Virus record (IMG/VR): IMGVR_UViG_2528311002_000006
Coordinates: 1 to 64,000 of that record
Length of the DNA stretch: 64,000 bases
Source of the DNA: a virus
Lineage: Duplodnaviria > Caudoviricetes
Reading direction: 5' to 3' (one strand)
The notes under the pieces are model-generated. The model was not told the origin of the DNA. It saw nothing but the letters and a program-made list of their open reading frames with translations, and ran no database searches. A program made the position numbers and the translations under genes. Of this stretch, positions 1-8,513 are shown piece by piece. How positions within the stretch are numbered: the first letter of the stretch is position 1; each line of letters starts with the position of its first letter.

Positions 1-234
1 TCAAGGAAGACTCAAATCCATACCGAGCATCCTGGCGAGGCCAAAGGTAAAGAACAACACACCCAGCAGTGCGAGCAGGAAGATGGCTGCCAACTTGGCA
101 CTCGTGCGTAGTAAGGCACGCCTGTCCACGCCCTTCTTCCCTTGGTCGTAATGCCACTTGATGGCGAAGAACATGCATGTGCCGAAGATGAGCACCTTGA
201 ACGTTACGAAGACTACAGGGACCCAATCGATCAT
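1..234 (-). CDS. small two-TM membrane protein divergent from the MocR regulator
   Basis: ORF 1..282; likely start MIDWVPVVF at 234; two hydrophobic segments. Confidence 0.7.
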   Translation of the reverse strand: MIDWVPVVFVTFKVLIFGTCMFFAIKWHYDQGKKGVDRRALLRTSAKLAAIFLLALLGVLFFTFGLARMLGMDLSLP

Positions 235-374
235 TTTGAGAATTTCCAGCCTATGACTGACACTGTCTGTTGCGAGGTACACACCTCCCGGGCGCGAGAG
301 GCAAAAACGTCAGCGATTGCCACACAAGAGTGATGTCGCTGCCGTGTCGAGGCATATTACTTAAAAGCAATTTC

Positions 375-397
375 CATACATTGAGACAAAATGTATG
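375..397. promoter_or_regulatory. inverted repeat, probable MocR operator
   Basis: CATACATT-N7-AATGTATG in the divergent intergenic region, at the regulator start. Confidence 0.5.
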
Positions 398-1789
398 CAT
401 ATGAAAGCCATACAAGATGACCGTTTGCCCGCGTGGTTGCCGCGATTGTCCGCGCATGGCGGGCCGCGTTTTCTGCAGATTGCAGATGCCTTGCAGGCAG
501 CCATGGCAGACGGATCCTTGAGTCCTGGCGACCGTCTACCTCCACAGCGCCAACTGGCGGCACAACTGGATATCGACCTGACAACGGTCACGCGCGCGTA
601 TGACGAAGCCAGACGCCGCCACCTGCTGGAAGGCCGGGGCGCCCGAGGCACCTACGTCGCAGCGCCGAAAGTCGAACTGTCCACTATCCTCGACCTGGGC
701 ATGAATACCCCTCCGCCGCCGGATGGCGTGGACTTTGACGATATGTTGAAGCAAGGCCTGTCCCAGGTGCTGATGAGGGCAGATACCAACATGCTAATGA
801 CTTACCACCTGGGCGGAGGGAGCGACTCCGAGCGCAAGGCGGGAGCCAGATGGCTTGAGCCCATGCTTGGACAGTTGGATCCAGAGCAGGTTGTTGTCTG
901 CCCAGGCGCACAAGCGGCGATCGCTGCATTGATTCTTGCGCAGAGCAAGCCTGATGATGTGATCCTGGCGGAACCGATGGCTTATCCGGGTCTGCGCACC
1001 GCAGCGACACAGTTCGGCCGACGCATCGTTGCAGTGGACGCGGATCAGCACGGGATGGTGCCCGAAGCGCTTGAGCAGGCGTGCCACGAGCACAAGCCTG
1101 GGCTGATCTATCTCAATCCGACATTGCAGAACCCGACAAGCATCACCATTCCTGAGCACCGCCGAAGAGACCTCGCCAGCATCGCGAAGCGCTGCAATGT
1201 ACGCATTATCGAAGATGACCCCTACTGGCTACTTGCCGATGCCCCGCCGCCTATTGCCTTATTCGCTCCAGGGCAGGTGTGCTACATCTCGACCCTGTCG
1301 AAATGCCTCACTCCGGGCTTGCGCGTGGCCTTCGTTCTCGTCCCTGATAGGCACGAACGCGAGCGTTTTCTCGCCGCGCTCAGATCATTTGCGCTGATGG
1401 TCGCGCCTCTGACGGCCGCACTGGCCACACAGTGGATCTTCGATGGTTCGGCAGCTGAATTGATGGAAGGAGTGCGCAAGGAGGCCCGTCTGCGCCACTG
1501 GATGGCCAGAGACATTCTGGCGGGACGTTACATCGGCGCCGGAGACGGCCTACATGTATGGCTCGAATTGCCAAGCTACTGGAGCTCCTCGCAGCTTGCT
1601 CGTGCCGCTGGCAGCGAAGGCATAGCAGTCACGCCGGCGGAGGCATTCGCCACTGGCAACCGTTCCGTGAACGCCATTCGCATCTCTTTGGGCAGCATCA
1701 AGGACCGTGCACGCTTGCAAGCCGGTCTTCACCGGCTGTCTCATCTGCTGGCTCGACAGCCCGATTCGTTGATTGCCGCCGTGGTCTAG
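395..1789 (+). CDS. MocR/GabR-family regulator (GntR wHTH + PLP aminotransferase domain)
   Basis: GDRLPPQRQLA...TVTRAY wHTH; LQNPT, IIEDDPY and STLSKCLTPGLRV PLP-lysine motifs. Confidence 0.95.
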   Translation: MHMKAIQDDRLPAWLPRLSAHGGPRFLQIADALQAAMADGSLSPGDRLPPQRQLAAQLDIDLTTVTRAYDEARRRHLLEGRGARGTYVAAPKVELSTILDLGMNTPPPPDGVDFDDMLKQGLSQVLMRADTNMLMTYHLGGGSDSERKAGARWLEPMLGQLDPEQVVVCPGAQAAIAALILAQSKPDDVILAEPMAYPGLRTAATQFGRRIVAVDADQHGMVPEALEQACHEHKPGLIYLNPTLQNPTSITIPEHRRRDLASIAKRCNVRIIEDDPYWLLADAPPPIALFAPGQVCYISTLSKCLTPGLRVAFVLVPDRHERERFLAALRSFALMVAPLTAALATQWIFDGSAAELMEGVRKEARLRHWMARDILAGRYIGAGDGLHVWLELPSYWSSSQLARAAGSEGIAVTPAEAFATGNRSVNAIRISLGSIKDRARLQAGLHRLSHLLARQPDSLIAAVV

Positions 1790-1827
1790 CGTCCAGCAAG
1801 CGGCTGTTCGAGCCGTAGACATGCGTC

Positions 1828-2036
1828 CTAACTGGTGATTTCGAGGCCTCCGGCCAGCGGATATCCAAAGTCATCGCGCTTCTGGCTCCGTGATTCCCAA
1901 AGCCATGCCTTCGCCAAAGCCTTGCTCGTGAAAGTCTGCGCCTCTGTGTGCACAATACTGCCCTTATCTTTTGGGCGAGTCTGGGCCGTATATACGCTTG
2001 GGTCATCTGCCCTTTCCTGGCTGAAATGGTCCCCAT
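1828..2036 (-). pseudogene. frameshifted N-terminal remnant of a tyrosine integrase (dusA-associated type)
   Basis: ATG at 2036 reads MGTISARK, then a frame change to RADDPSVYTAQTRPKDKGSIVHTEAQTFTSKALAKAW; divergent from the dusA fragment. Confidence 0.7.
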
Positions 2037-2122
2037 AGCGAAGGCACTGAGGGACAAAATAGTGGGGTTTCTGGGTGTTTTTCAGGGCGCTGTATGGTGC
2101 TGCAAGCCCACAGATTTCATCA

Positions 2123-2224
2123 ATGAACAACGAAAATATCCAAACGAATCAACCAGTTCACAGCATGTGGCGCATGTCGGTGGCCCCTATGATGGACTGG
2201 ACGGACTTTCGTCTACCACATTGA
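2123..2224 (+). pseudogene. dusA: truncated 5' end of tRNA-dihydrouridine synthase A
   Basis: translates MNNENIQTNQPVHSMWRMSVAPMMDWTD|FRLPH*; SVAPMMDWTD is the conserved DusA N-terminus, normally continuing RHCR. Confidence 0.85.
2180..2206 (+). other. putative attL core
   Basis: GTGGCCCCTATGATGGACTGGACGGAC; dusA homology stops here; attR is not in the window. Confidence 0.65.
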
Positions 2225-2369
2225 TTTAAATATGGTTTTCTGGCGAAGCCTTTGTGTTGCTGCACTCCTGTTGCACTGGAAATAGCGCGCTCCAACCTCC
2301 AGCCACGGAAACCACGACCTGCACGGGTGCAGCAGGTTCAAGACGCAAATTCGCGGGTCTTCAAGAATG

Positions 2370-2385
2370 CTGTATAAATACACAG
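2370..2385. promoter_or_regulatory. LexA (SOS) box
   Basis: CTGTATAAATACACAG matches CTGT-N8-ACAG and abuts a GTG start. Confidence 0.85.
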
Positions 2386-2786
2386 TGTTCTGCGAAATCA
2401 TCGAACTCCGTCGAGCCGGCCTGCGCCTGGCTCCCAAAGACTGGCCAGCACCCATTGTTGGAGAGCTGCGCATGTCATACGAAAGCGCGAGCAACAACAA
2501 TCTGCGGCGCTCGCTCCGACGCGCCACCTTGTATGTGCAGCAAGGTACAAGACTTACGCCAGACAACTATATTGTTGACCCGGTTGTGATCGATGTGCTT
2601 GGTGACGCATTTCTCTGGCGTGGCTATGAGACGAAGATGACCGAGCAAGGCCTTGCCGAGTATGAGCAGCTCTGGCTGCTGCGCCAACGCGCCAGCTTGG
2701 ACGGCCCCGCTCTGCCTGCTTTCAATGCACAGGCGTTTGTGCAGCAGCTGCCATATATCCATGTGCCACCGAAGCCAACCCCTTGA
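2385..2786 (+). CDS. SOS-box-associated hypothetical protein
   Basis: ORF 2367..2786; likely GTG start at 2385 (VFCEIIELRRAG). Confidence 0.75.
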   Translation: MFCEIIELRRAGLRLAPKDWPAPIVGELRMSYESASNNNLRRSLRRATLYVQQGTRLTPDNYIVDPVVIDVLGDAFLWRGYETKMTEQGLAEYEQLWLLRQRASLDGPALPAFNAQAFVQQLPYIHVPPKPTP

Positions 2787-2991
2787 CCAAGAGGCGGACT
2801 GGCACCCGACCCTACTGAGAACAGCGGGCCAGTACGGCTTTCCCAAAGAGCGCATCCTGCCAGGCAACGCCAAAGACTACTTCACTGAAGAAGTCCATCC
2901 CGGATGGCTACTTGTGGTCACGACTGAGGGCGGGGTTGTGTATTTCGGGCCAAACCATGCCAGTGTTGTACGCTCCCCTGCCCCTTTTTGA
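2761..2991 (+). CDS. small hypothetical protein
   Basis: 3' part of ORF 2653..2991, overlaps the preceding gene. Confidence 0.55.
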   Translation: MCHRSQPLDQEADWHPTLLRTAGQYGFPKERILPGNAKDYFTEEVHPGWLLVVTTEGGVVYFGPNHASVVRSPAPF

Positions 2992-3150
2992 TCGGGTTAG
3001 CCATTTGTGGGATGTTAGAGTCGATCAGTGCCTTACGTCGATTGACGCCAAGGGAAGCCCCATTACATAAGAAAAACCCTCGCTGAATTCTTTTACGCGC
3101 TCTCTCACCACGAGACACAGCAGCGAGGCTAAATTAAAGAGACAAAGAGC

Positions 3151-4911
3151 ATGCCAATGACTGATTACCTCGCAGCACTCCCTATTCCTTCCCCCTTGGT
3201 ACCAGATCGCCTGCGCGAACTGCTACAACCAGTAGGCAATGATGCTGCGCTTAGAGTCGAGGTCAGTTGCATGACAGAAGACGACCTTTACGGGCCAAGA
3301 CGTGAGGTTGTGCACATGCTCATGGCCATAGTCCCAGATGATGGCAAAACTGCAACCCCTGTCCTCCACAGTGAACAAGGTCTTGTGTCATCTTCGACAC
3401 TGGAATTACGCGAAAAAGGTAGTGAGCGAAACTTTATACCAAGTGTCAATGGATATGACTATATTGTGGCGTCCTGGGGAAGCGGATCTTTCTATACCTA
3501 TCATTTAGCTGAAAAGGTATGGATGGCACTTGGACTCACCCCACGCTGCTTCGGAAACGAGCAGCAAAGATTGGTCTACGACGATCTGAAATTACCGGAG
3601 TTCAATGTTGTTGAAGGTGAAATTTCAGCCCAATACTATATAGAAGCCTCGCGCCAAATACGATGGCGCATGTCCAACGAGTATTTGCGTAGATACTTGT
3701 GGCTACGAGGTGGGCGCGGTGTTCGTCAGTTCTATTACAGCGCTATTCTTCAAGACACCCAGGAATTGCGCAATTGGATAAATGGACGCAAGACCATCGA
3801 ACTTGGAAGCCAAGGAAGCTGGTTCCATGGTGATATCCGCGAATCAGCTGAGGGTTTTCTCTTGCAATTGTGGGCGACTGTGGACGCAGTATCTTGTGAA
3901 TTGTGCCCGGAGCAGACAGCGGAAGGACTGCACTGGCCAGGTGTCGATCCTGCAGTCACCCGTCAATATGCTCGCTATATCGGTAATGATGCAATCATCT
4001 ATTTAGATGACAAATTTCTTGAAAGGTATGAGCAGAACAGCTTCTATAAAACCAGTCCACTTAAGATGCATGGTTTCTGGAATTGCAGTCCTTCATACCT
4101 AGGACAGTGGTCGTTTACTGGTTGCGAACGAGTTGGAAGAAACCTAATTCGGGTATCTTTGCGGGATTTATACAGTGGAGTGCCGGATCGAGAAATGCTG
4201 CACGCCCATAAACATGCACTAGCTGCAGATATAGTCGCTCAATATGATAAAAGCGAAGAGCACTTTGTCTCAAAGGTTGACAGGTTATTAGTTCAGCTGT
4301 TAAACCTAGGCGACAACCTCTCAAAACTCGGTAGCACTCTGGGCATAGATACTAACACCGAAGAATTGACTGGATTTAGCCGCGAAGAAATAAATAACAA
4401 CGGCTGGATGCATTACCCACAACTCAAAAAACTCGCTCAAGTTTCACCTATCACGATGACACAGCAGCAGTTCCTGGCTCGTTGCAAATCGATACATGAG
4501 ATTTGGCAAAAACTGCCTAATGGAATCCTTAAAAGAATTTTACAAGCTGCAGGAATTCCAAAGACTCAAATTGCTAACCGAGCAAGCTTAAAGCTGCTCC
4601 AGTCCCTGCTAAACATCCTTCAACCCCTGGACGCCAACCAAGAAGCCGTGGACGCATTCAGAAGCGATCAAGAGCCTGAACTCTGGGATCAGAGGAACCC
4701 TGGGATAGCGATGCTCTTTGTTGCGAACGACCTTCGAATCGCTGACGCCCATGATATGGCTGATTATCATCAAAAACTGGTCGATCAAGGATTCGATATT
4801 GCTAGCCTGAATCAAGGCTATGGCAGAGCGCTAGATTTAGTCATGGACGGCGTTATCAATTCATTTGAAGCAATCAACAACCCTCTTGCACGAATCCTCT
4901 CACGAACCTGA
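3151..4911 (+). CDS. 586-aa low-GC moron protein with C-terminal RxxxxH (HEPN-like) motif
   Basis: long ORF, visibly lower GC than flanks, NDLRIADAH in a helical C-terminus; convergent on the lysis genes. Confidence 0.75.
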   Translation: MPMTDYLAALPIPSPLVPDRLRELLQPVGNDAALRVEVSCMTEDDLYGPRREVVHMLMAIVPDDGKTATPVLHSEQGLVSSSTLELREKGSERNFIPSVNGYDYIVASWGSGSFYTYHLAEKVWMALGLTPRCFGNEQQRLVYDDLKLPEFNVVEGEISAQYYIEASRQIRWRMSNEYLRRYLWLRGGRGVRQFYYSAILQDTQELRNWINGRKTIELGSQGSWFHGDIRESAEGFLLQLWATVDAVSCELCPEQTAEGLHWPGVDPAVTRQYARYIGNDAIIYLDDKFLERYEQNSFYKTSPLKMHGFWNCSPSYLGQWSFTGCERVGRNLIRVSLRDLYSGVPDREMLHAHKHALAADIVAQYDKSEEHFVSKVDRLLVQLLNLGDNLSKLGSTLGIDTNTEELTGFSREEINNNGWMHYPQLKKLAQVSPITMTQQQFLARCKSIHEIWQKLPNGILKRILQAAGIPKTQIANRASLKLLQSLLNILQPLDANQEAVDAFRSDQEPELWDQRNPGIAMLFVANDLRIADAHDMADYHQKLVDQGFDIASLNQGYGRALDLVMDGVINSFEAINNPLARILSRT

Positions 4912-4922
4912 GGGACTCGTTA

Positions 4923-5438
4923 CTAGCGAGGTGGCCGCATAGGCACGGGCAGTTCCTTGTTTTGCGGGATCACTGGCCAGGCTGCGCGGCAAGTTGCTGC
5001 ATCAGCTGCGTGGCCATCAGCTTTGAACCCCAACTCCGTATATCGCTCGACACACTGTCCAAATAGGGAGTTGAGGGTAGAGGCATACTCAATGAGGGCG
5101 CCGGGGGAAGCTTCGGCAAGTCGCTGCTCGGCATCGGACAGCTTGTGCTGCATGCCGTCACGCTCACGGCGAGCGCGATCAGCAGCAGCCTGCAAACCGG
5201 CCTGCTTCTGGATGGCATCATTCAGGGCTCCTTGGTATTTGTCGTTGACCGTGCGCTCGACGGCCAGCACGCGCCGGCCGGCGGCCGTGCGCTCTTCTGT
5301 GATCTGCTGGCGGTATTGGCTGGCCTGCAAGCGCTCGTCGGCCAACTCAGCCCCCAGGCGTGCTGCCTGGAAGTACCAGACCAGCAAGCCTGCGAGCACC
5401 GCGATGACGATATGGGTGTAGAGGCTCAGGCGGCCCAT
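4923..5438 (-). CDS. Rz-like inner-membrane spanin
   Basis: N-terminal TM then coiled coil; GGAGG before ATG 5438; contains an embedded lipoprotein gene. Confidence 0.85.
   Translation of the reverse strand: MGRLSLYTHIVIAVLAGLLVWYFQAARLGAELADERLQASQYRQQITEERTAAGRRVLAVERTVNDKYQGALNDAIQKQAGLQAAADRARRERDGMQHKLSDAEQRLAEASPGALIEYASTLNSLFGQCVERYTELGFKADGHAADAATCRAAWPVIPQNKELPVPMRPPR
4970..5221 (-). CDS. Rz1-like outer-membrane spanin lipoprotein embedded in Rz
   Basis: signal peptide with lipobox VTAC, Pro-rich mature part, alternate frame inside Rz. Confidence 0.8.
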   Translation of the reverse strand: MMPSRSRPVCRLLLIALAVSVTACSTSCPMPSSDLPKLPPAPSLSMPLPSTPYLDSVSSDIRSWGSKLMATQLMQQLAAQPGQ

Positions 5439-5490
5439 GCCAACCTCCAACATAGCCATGGGTCGCACATCATGTAGAACATGATGGGGC

Positions 5491-6519
5491 TCACGGCAGC
5501 ACCTGCAGCGCCTTGGCTAGGGCGTAGCCCTCATGCTCCCAGAGCTTGTCGCGGGCCTTGCCTTCTGCCTGCTCACGCGCATATTTCATGCCCAGGGCAG
5601 CATTGAAATTCTCCTGGCTCACGCAGGCGCTGTGGCCAGTTGCCAGATAGAAGCGACCCAAGAAGGCATGCGCAAGGGTGCTGGTGGTACCAGCTGGCTG
5701 CTCGTAGAGCCACGTTACTTTCGCCATCAGCCCCTGAATCTGCTCGGCAGTCACGCGCGGTGCAGTCAGGCCAGCAGCAACAATCTCCGCTTCGGCCCGT
5801 TGGTCGCCTCGAACACCAGCAGAGATGTGGTGTACCTCGGTGTCCCCCACAGTGACTCGCCCCGCGGCAGCGCATACGGCCAATCCGGCGCTGTAGCTGT
5901 CCACGGCCGCGCCGAATGCTTGCACCGGGCCCGGGTGGGCGCTCTGGGCGATATGCACCGGGTTTCTCCACTTGCCAGCAACATGCTCAGCAATGCTTTC
6001 CAAACCCCTCTTGGCCGCTTCAAGTCGATCATGGTTATTCGGGTTCGGGCAACTACTGCAGGCCGAATTAGGCCCGCAGGTACAAACCTGCTTTGAGGCA
6101 GACGCAGTCAATCCGAGAATGGCATCCACTGCGTTACGAATATAGATACCCATATCCACGCCGCCAGACATTCGATCCACTAAATCCCGGCCTAGTGCGT
6201 GAATCAAAGCGAGTTCCAATTCAAACCGCAAGCTACGCTCAGGCATCGTTACAGAGCAATTGGCTGAGCCTGAACCAGTGCCAGTTGTAGGCTCCAACCG
6301 TTCAAGGTGTTTATGCAGCTCTTTAAATCCGAATGCGACCGCAAAGGCCAGAATAATGGAGCACGACGCAATGAGGCCGGCCAAAGCCTGATAATCGCGT
6401 TGCCCCGGACTCTGCAAATATCCAACTGTAAAATACAAGAATGCGAAGGTAATCAACAAAGCCGAAAAAATCTTGTCGCTAAGAGAGAACGATTGCAGGA
6501 ATTTCATGGAAATCTCCAT
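5491..6519 (-). CDS. two-TM protein with Cys cluster and C-terminal Gp49/Sf6-gp66-family domain
   Basis: GLTAPRVT...TGHSACVSQENFNAALG..AR...RDKLWEHEGY; CTCGPNSACSSC in the middle. Confidence 0.75.
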   Translation of the reverse strand: MEISMKFLQSFSLSDKIFSALLITFAFLYFTVGYLQSPGQRDYQALAGLIASCSIILAFAVAFGFKELHKHLERLEPTTGTGSGSANCSVTMPERSLRFELELALIHALGRDLVDRMSGGVDMGIYIRNAVDAILGLTASASKQVCTCGPNSACSSCPNPNNHDRLEAAKRGLESIAEHVAGKWRNPVHIAQSAHPGPVQAFGAAVDSYSAGLAVCAAAGRVTVGDTEVHHISAGVRGDQRAEAEIVAAGLTAPRVTAEQIQGLMAKVTWLYEQPAGTTSTLAHAFLGRFYLATGHSACVSQENFNAALGMKYAREQAEGKARDKLWEHEGYALAKALQVLP

Positions 6520-6551
6520 AGTCCGGCTGCCGGCCGGCGCGGGCCGATGGC

Positions 6552-7010
6552 TTAGGGGTTTTGGATACGCTCACCCAAAATGGTGGAAAGCTCTTGCATC
6601 ACATCCAGTTGACGGCGTTGGAGTGCTTGCTGTGCAGGGGAATCGTTGAGAAACAAAGAGGTACCGATAATCTCGTGCATCCGCGTAATGCGAATATCCA
6701 ACTCCTGTTTGTCATCCAGCAAAATCTGCTGGCATGGCGATACCGTGCAACCGACCACGAGCCAGTCATCAGCGAGGCAATCATTCACACTGGGAACCCA
6801 GGTGCTGACCGTCTCGTTCGCGTTCTTAATCGCAAAGTAGGCGTTGTAGGGCACCATGGCACCTTCACCAAAGTGCTCCTTGGCAGCGCCGGTCTGCACC
6901 GGGTAGCTGGCCGCAGGCACCAGATAGACGAACAAACCTTTGCCATTCCAGCCAGTGCGCTGCAAGCGCTTGCCGAGATCCAGCTCCTTGAGGGCATCAC
7001 CGAATTTCAT
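6552..7010 (-). CDS. DUF2829 (Tad2-like) domain fused to a helical hairpin domain (crAss001_48-like)
   Basis: MKFGDAL..L..GKRLQRTGWNGKGLF...WVPSVNDCLADDW, then ELDIRI...RRQLDVMQELSTILGERI. Confidence 0.8.
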   Translation of the reverse strand: MKFGDALKELDLGKRLQRTGWNGKGLFVYLVPAASYPVQTGAAKEHFGEGAMVPYNAYFAIKNANETVSTWVPSVNDCLADDWLVVGCTVSPCQQILLDDKQELDIRITRMHEIIGTSLFLNDSPAQQALQRRQLDVMQELSTILGERIQNP

Positions 7011-7324
7011 TGTCCAGCCCCCTCACCTACCGTCTCATAGGTCGCGTCAAAGATCTCGCGCTTGCAGGGGTAGATCTCGCCGGCCACGCCAGTAATAAGC
7101 ATGTCCCCCGGGCCCATCTTCATGGCGCCTTCAAGGGTTGGAATAAGGTAGCAGGTGTCGCTTTCGTGTGTGATCGGATGGCCGCCATAGCTGAACGACC
7201 AGGGCATCCCGTTCACGATATTCGACTCACGGCCTTCTTTCTTGCACTGGGCAAGACCATGCTGAACCAGCTCGGTGAATGTGATGGCCGTAATAACGAC
7301 TGGCTTTTTTCTATATTTCGTCAT
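7007..7324 (-). CDS. conserved phage protein (YRKKPVVI...TLEG...GD...GEIYPCK..IF..TYE family)
   Basis: recognisable motif set; 4-nt overlaps with both neighbours. Confidence 0.85.
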   Translation of the reverse strand: MTKYRKKPVVITAITFTELVQHGLAQCKKEGRESNIVNGMPWSFSYGGHPITHESDTCYLIPTLEGAMKMGPGDMLITGVAGEIYPCKREIFDATYETVGEGAGQ

Positions 7325-7548
7325 TGCTGGGCCTTCATCGCTGCTTCGGTGAAATCAGGCAGATCCGCTGCTGCGCGCAAGAAGCAGTCTCTGGCTTCCA
7401 GCAGCTTGCGCATGCCTGCGCTCTTTTCGGGACCGTCTGGCAGCAAAGACTCCATGGACTGGGCCACGCTGGCCGTCTGCCGGCCGACAGGCTGAAACTT
7501 CATCGGCAGGTTGGAGTAGCCGAAATATTTGAGCGTGGTCGATGGCAC
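7321..7548 (-). CDS. small helical-hairpin phage protein (LPDGPEKSAGMRKLLEARDCFLRA)
   Basis: GTG start at 7548 with GGAGG; predicted two-helix fold reminiscent of Acb2/Tad1 hairpins. Confidence 0.75.
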   Translation of the reverse strand: MPSTTLKYFGYSNLPMKFQPVGRQTASVAQSMESLLPDGPEKSAGMRKLLEARDCFLRAAADLPDFTEAAMKAQQ

Positions 7549-7549
7549 G

Positions 7550-7858
7550 TTAAGCCTCCGACTCAGTAGCCTTCGGCACCTCGTCGGCAGTGCCACTGAC
7601 CGCCGACTGCAGTGCGGCCAGCACTTCGGGAGCCGAATCCGCCGTCAAACCAGCCAGTTGCCCCTGGGCTTCGGCCGCGACCGGCGAGAGCGCTTGGGGC
7701 TCTGCGACCGGCAAGACCATGGCCTGCATCAAGTCGCGGCCATTCACCAGCGGAGCGCCCAGAGGCTGCAGTCCTGCGATCAGGGCTTCGCGCACCTTGG
7801 CTTGCAGGTCGTTGGCGTCACCGCCGCGCACGATGCGATAGTCAGCAATCTTTTTCAT
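7550..7858 (-). CDS. DUF1737-like protein
   Basis: YRIV...LQAKVREAL..GLQPLGAP...MQAMV plus a low-complexity tail. Confidence 0.7.
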   Translation of the reverse strand: MKKIADYRIVRGGDANDLQAKVREALIAGLQPLGAPLVNGRDLMQAMVLPVAEPQALSPVAAEAQGQLAGLTADSAPEVLAALQSAVSGTADEVPKATESEA

Positions 7859-7859
7859 G

Positions 7860-8513
7860 TCATTTCCCTAGGTTGGTAGGTTGGAGGGGCATGCGCCAAA
7901 GGCGGCAAATCTCATCGTTGGCATCGCCGCGCAGCTTCAAGCCGGGCAACACCGTCTGCACACCATTGACCGTGCCCTTGCTCCAGCGCGGGTTCTCTCG
8001 GCAAGAGCCTTCGAGATCCCCGGCATTCGCCTTGCGCAGTAGCGTGCTGGTGCTCAGGTTGGTTTCACCCTTGTTGTGGATGAAGTCGATGAATGTGGCC
8101 CGGGCAAATTCGTCATAAATGGCCCAGTGGACGAAGAGCCGCTTGCCAGCACGCTCGGCAGCCAGGTACCGGCCCTTCTCCAGCCGGTAGCACTCGGCCG
8201 GGCTGTACCACTTGCCGGCAACCACACCAGCCCCGGTAATTCCGTTACAAACGGTCAAGGGCTGCCCCTTGCCCAGCTTGTCGATGTAGGGAGTGCCGAT
8301 GTGGCGATTGCTGGATTCGTAGTACGACCCCATCACCATGGCAATGCGCACGGCGTCAGACACATCAGGATCAGCAGCTACTGCCTGGATGTACTGGTTC
8401 TTCTGAGATTCAGCCGTGGCGGCTTGATCCACGTAATAGGTGCCGCCACCCATGCCGATGAGAATCATCAGGGCGCCAAGGCTGTTTCGCAGCATCGTGG
8501 GAACCTTGCTCAT
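7860..8513 (-). CDS. SAR-type endolysin (GH24 lysozyme)
   Basis: Gly-rich N-terminal TM; YES...PYID...TVCNGITG; STLLRKANAGD; LPGLKLR. Confidence 0.9.
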   Translation of the reverse strand: MSKVPTMLRNSLGALMILIGMGGGTYYVDQAATAESQKNQYIQAVAADPDVSDAVRIAMVMGSYYESSNRHIGTPYIDKLGKGQPLTVCNGITGAGVVAGKWYSPAECYRLEKGRYLAAERAGKRLFVHWAIYDEFARATFIDFIHNKGETNLSTSTLLRKANAGDLEGSCRENPRWSKGTVNGVQTVLPGLKLRGDANDEICRLWRMPLQPTNLGK

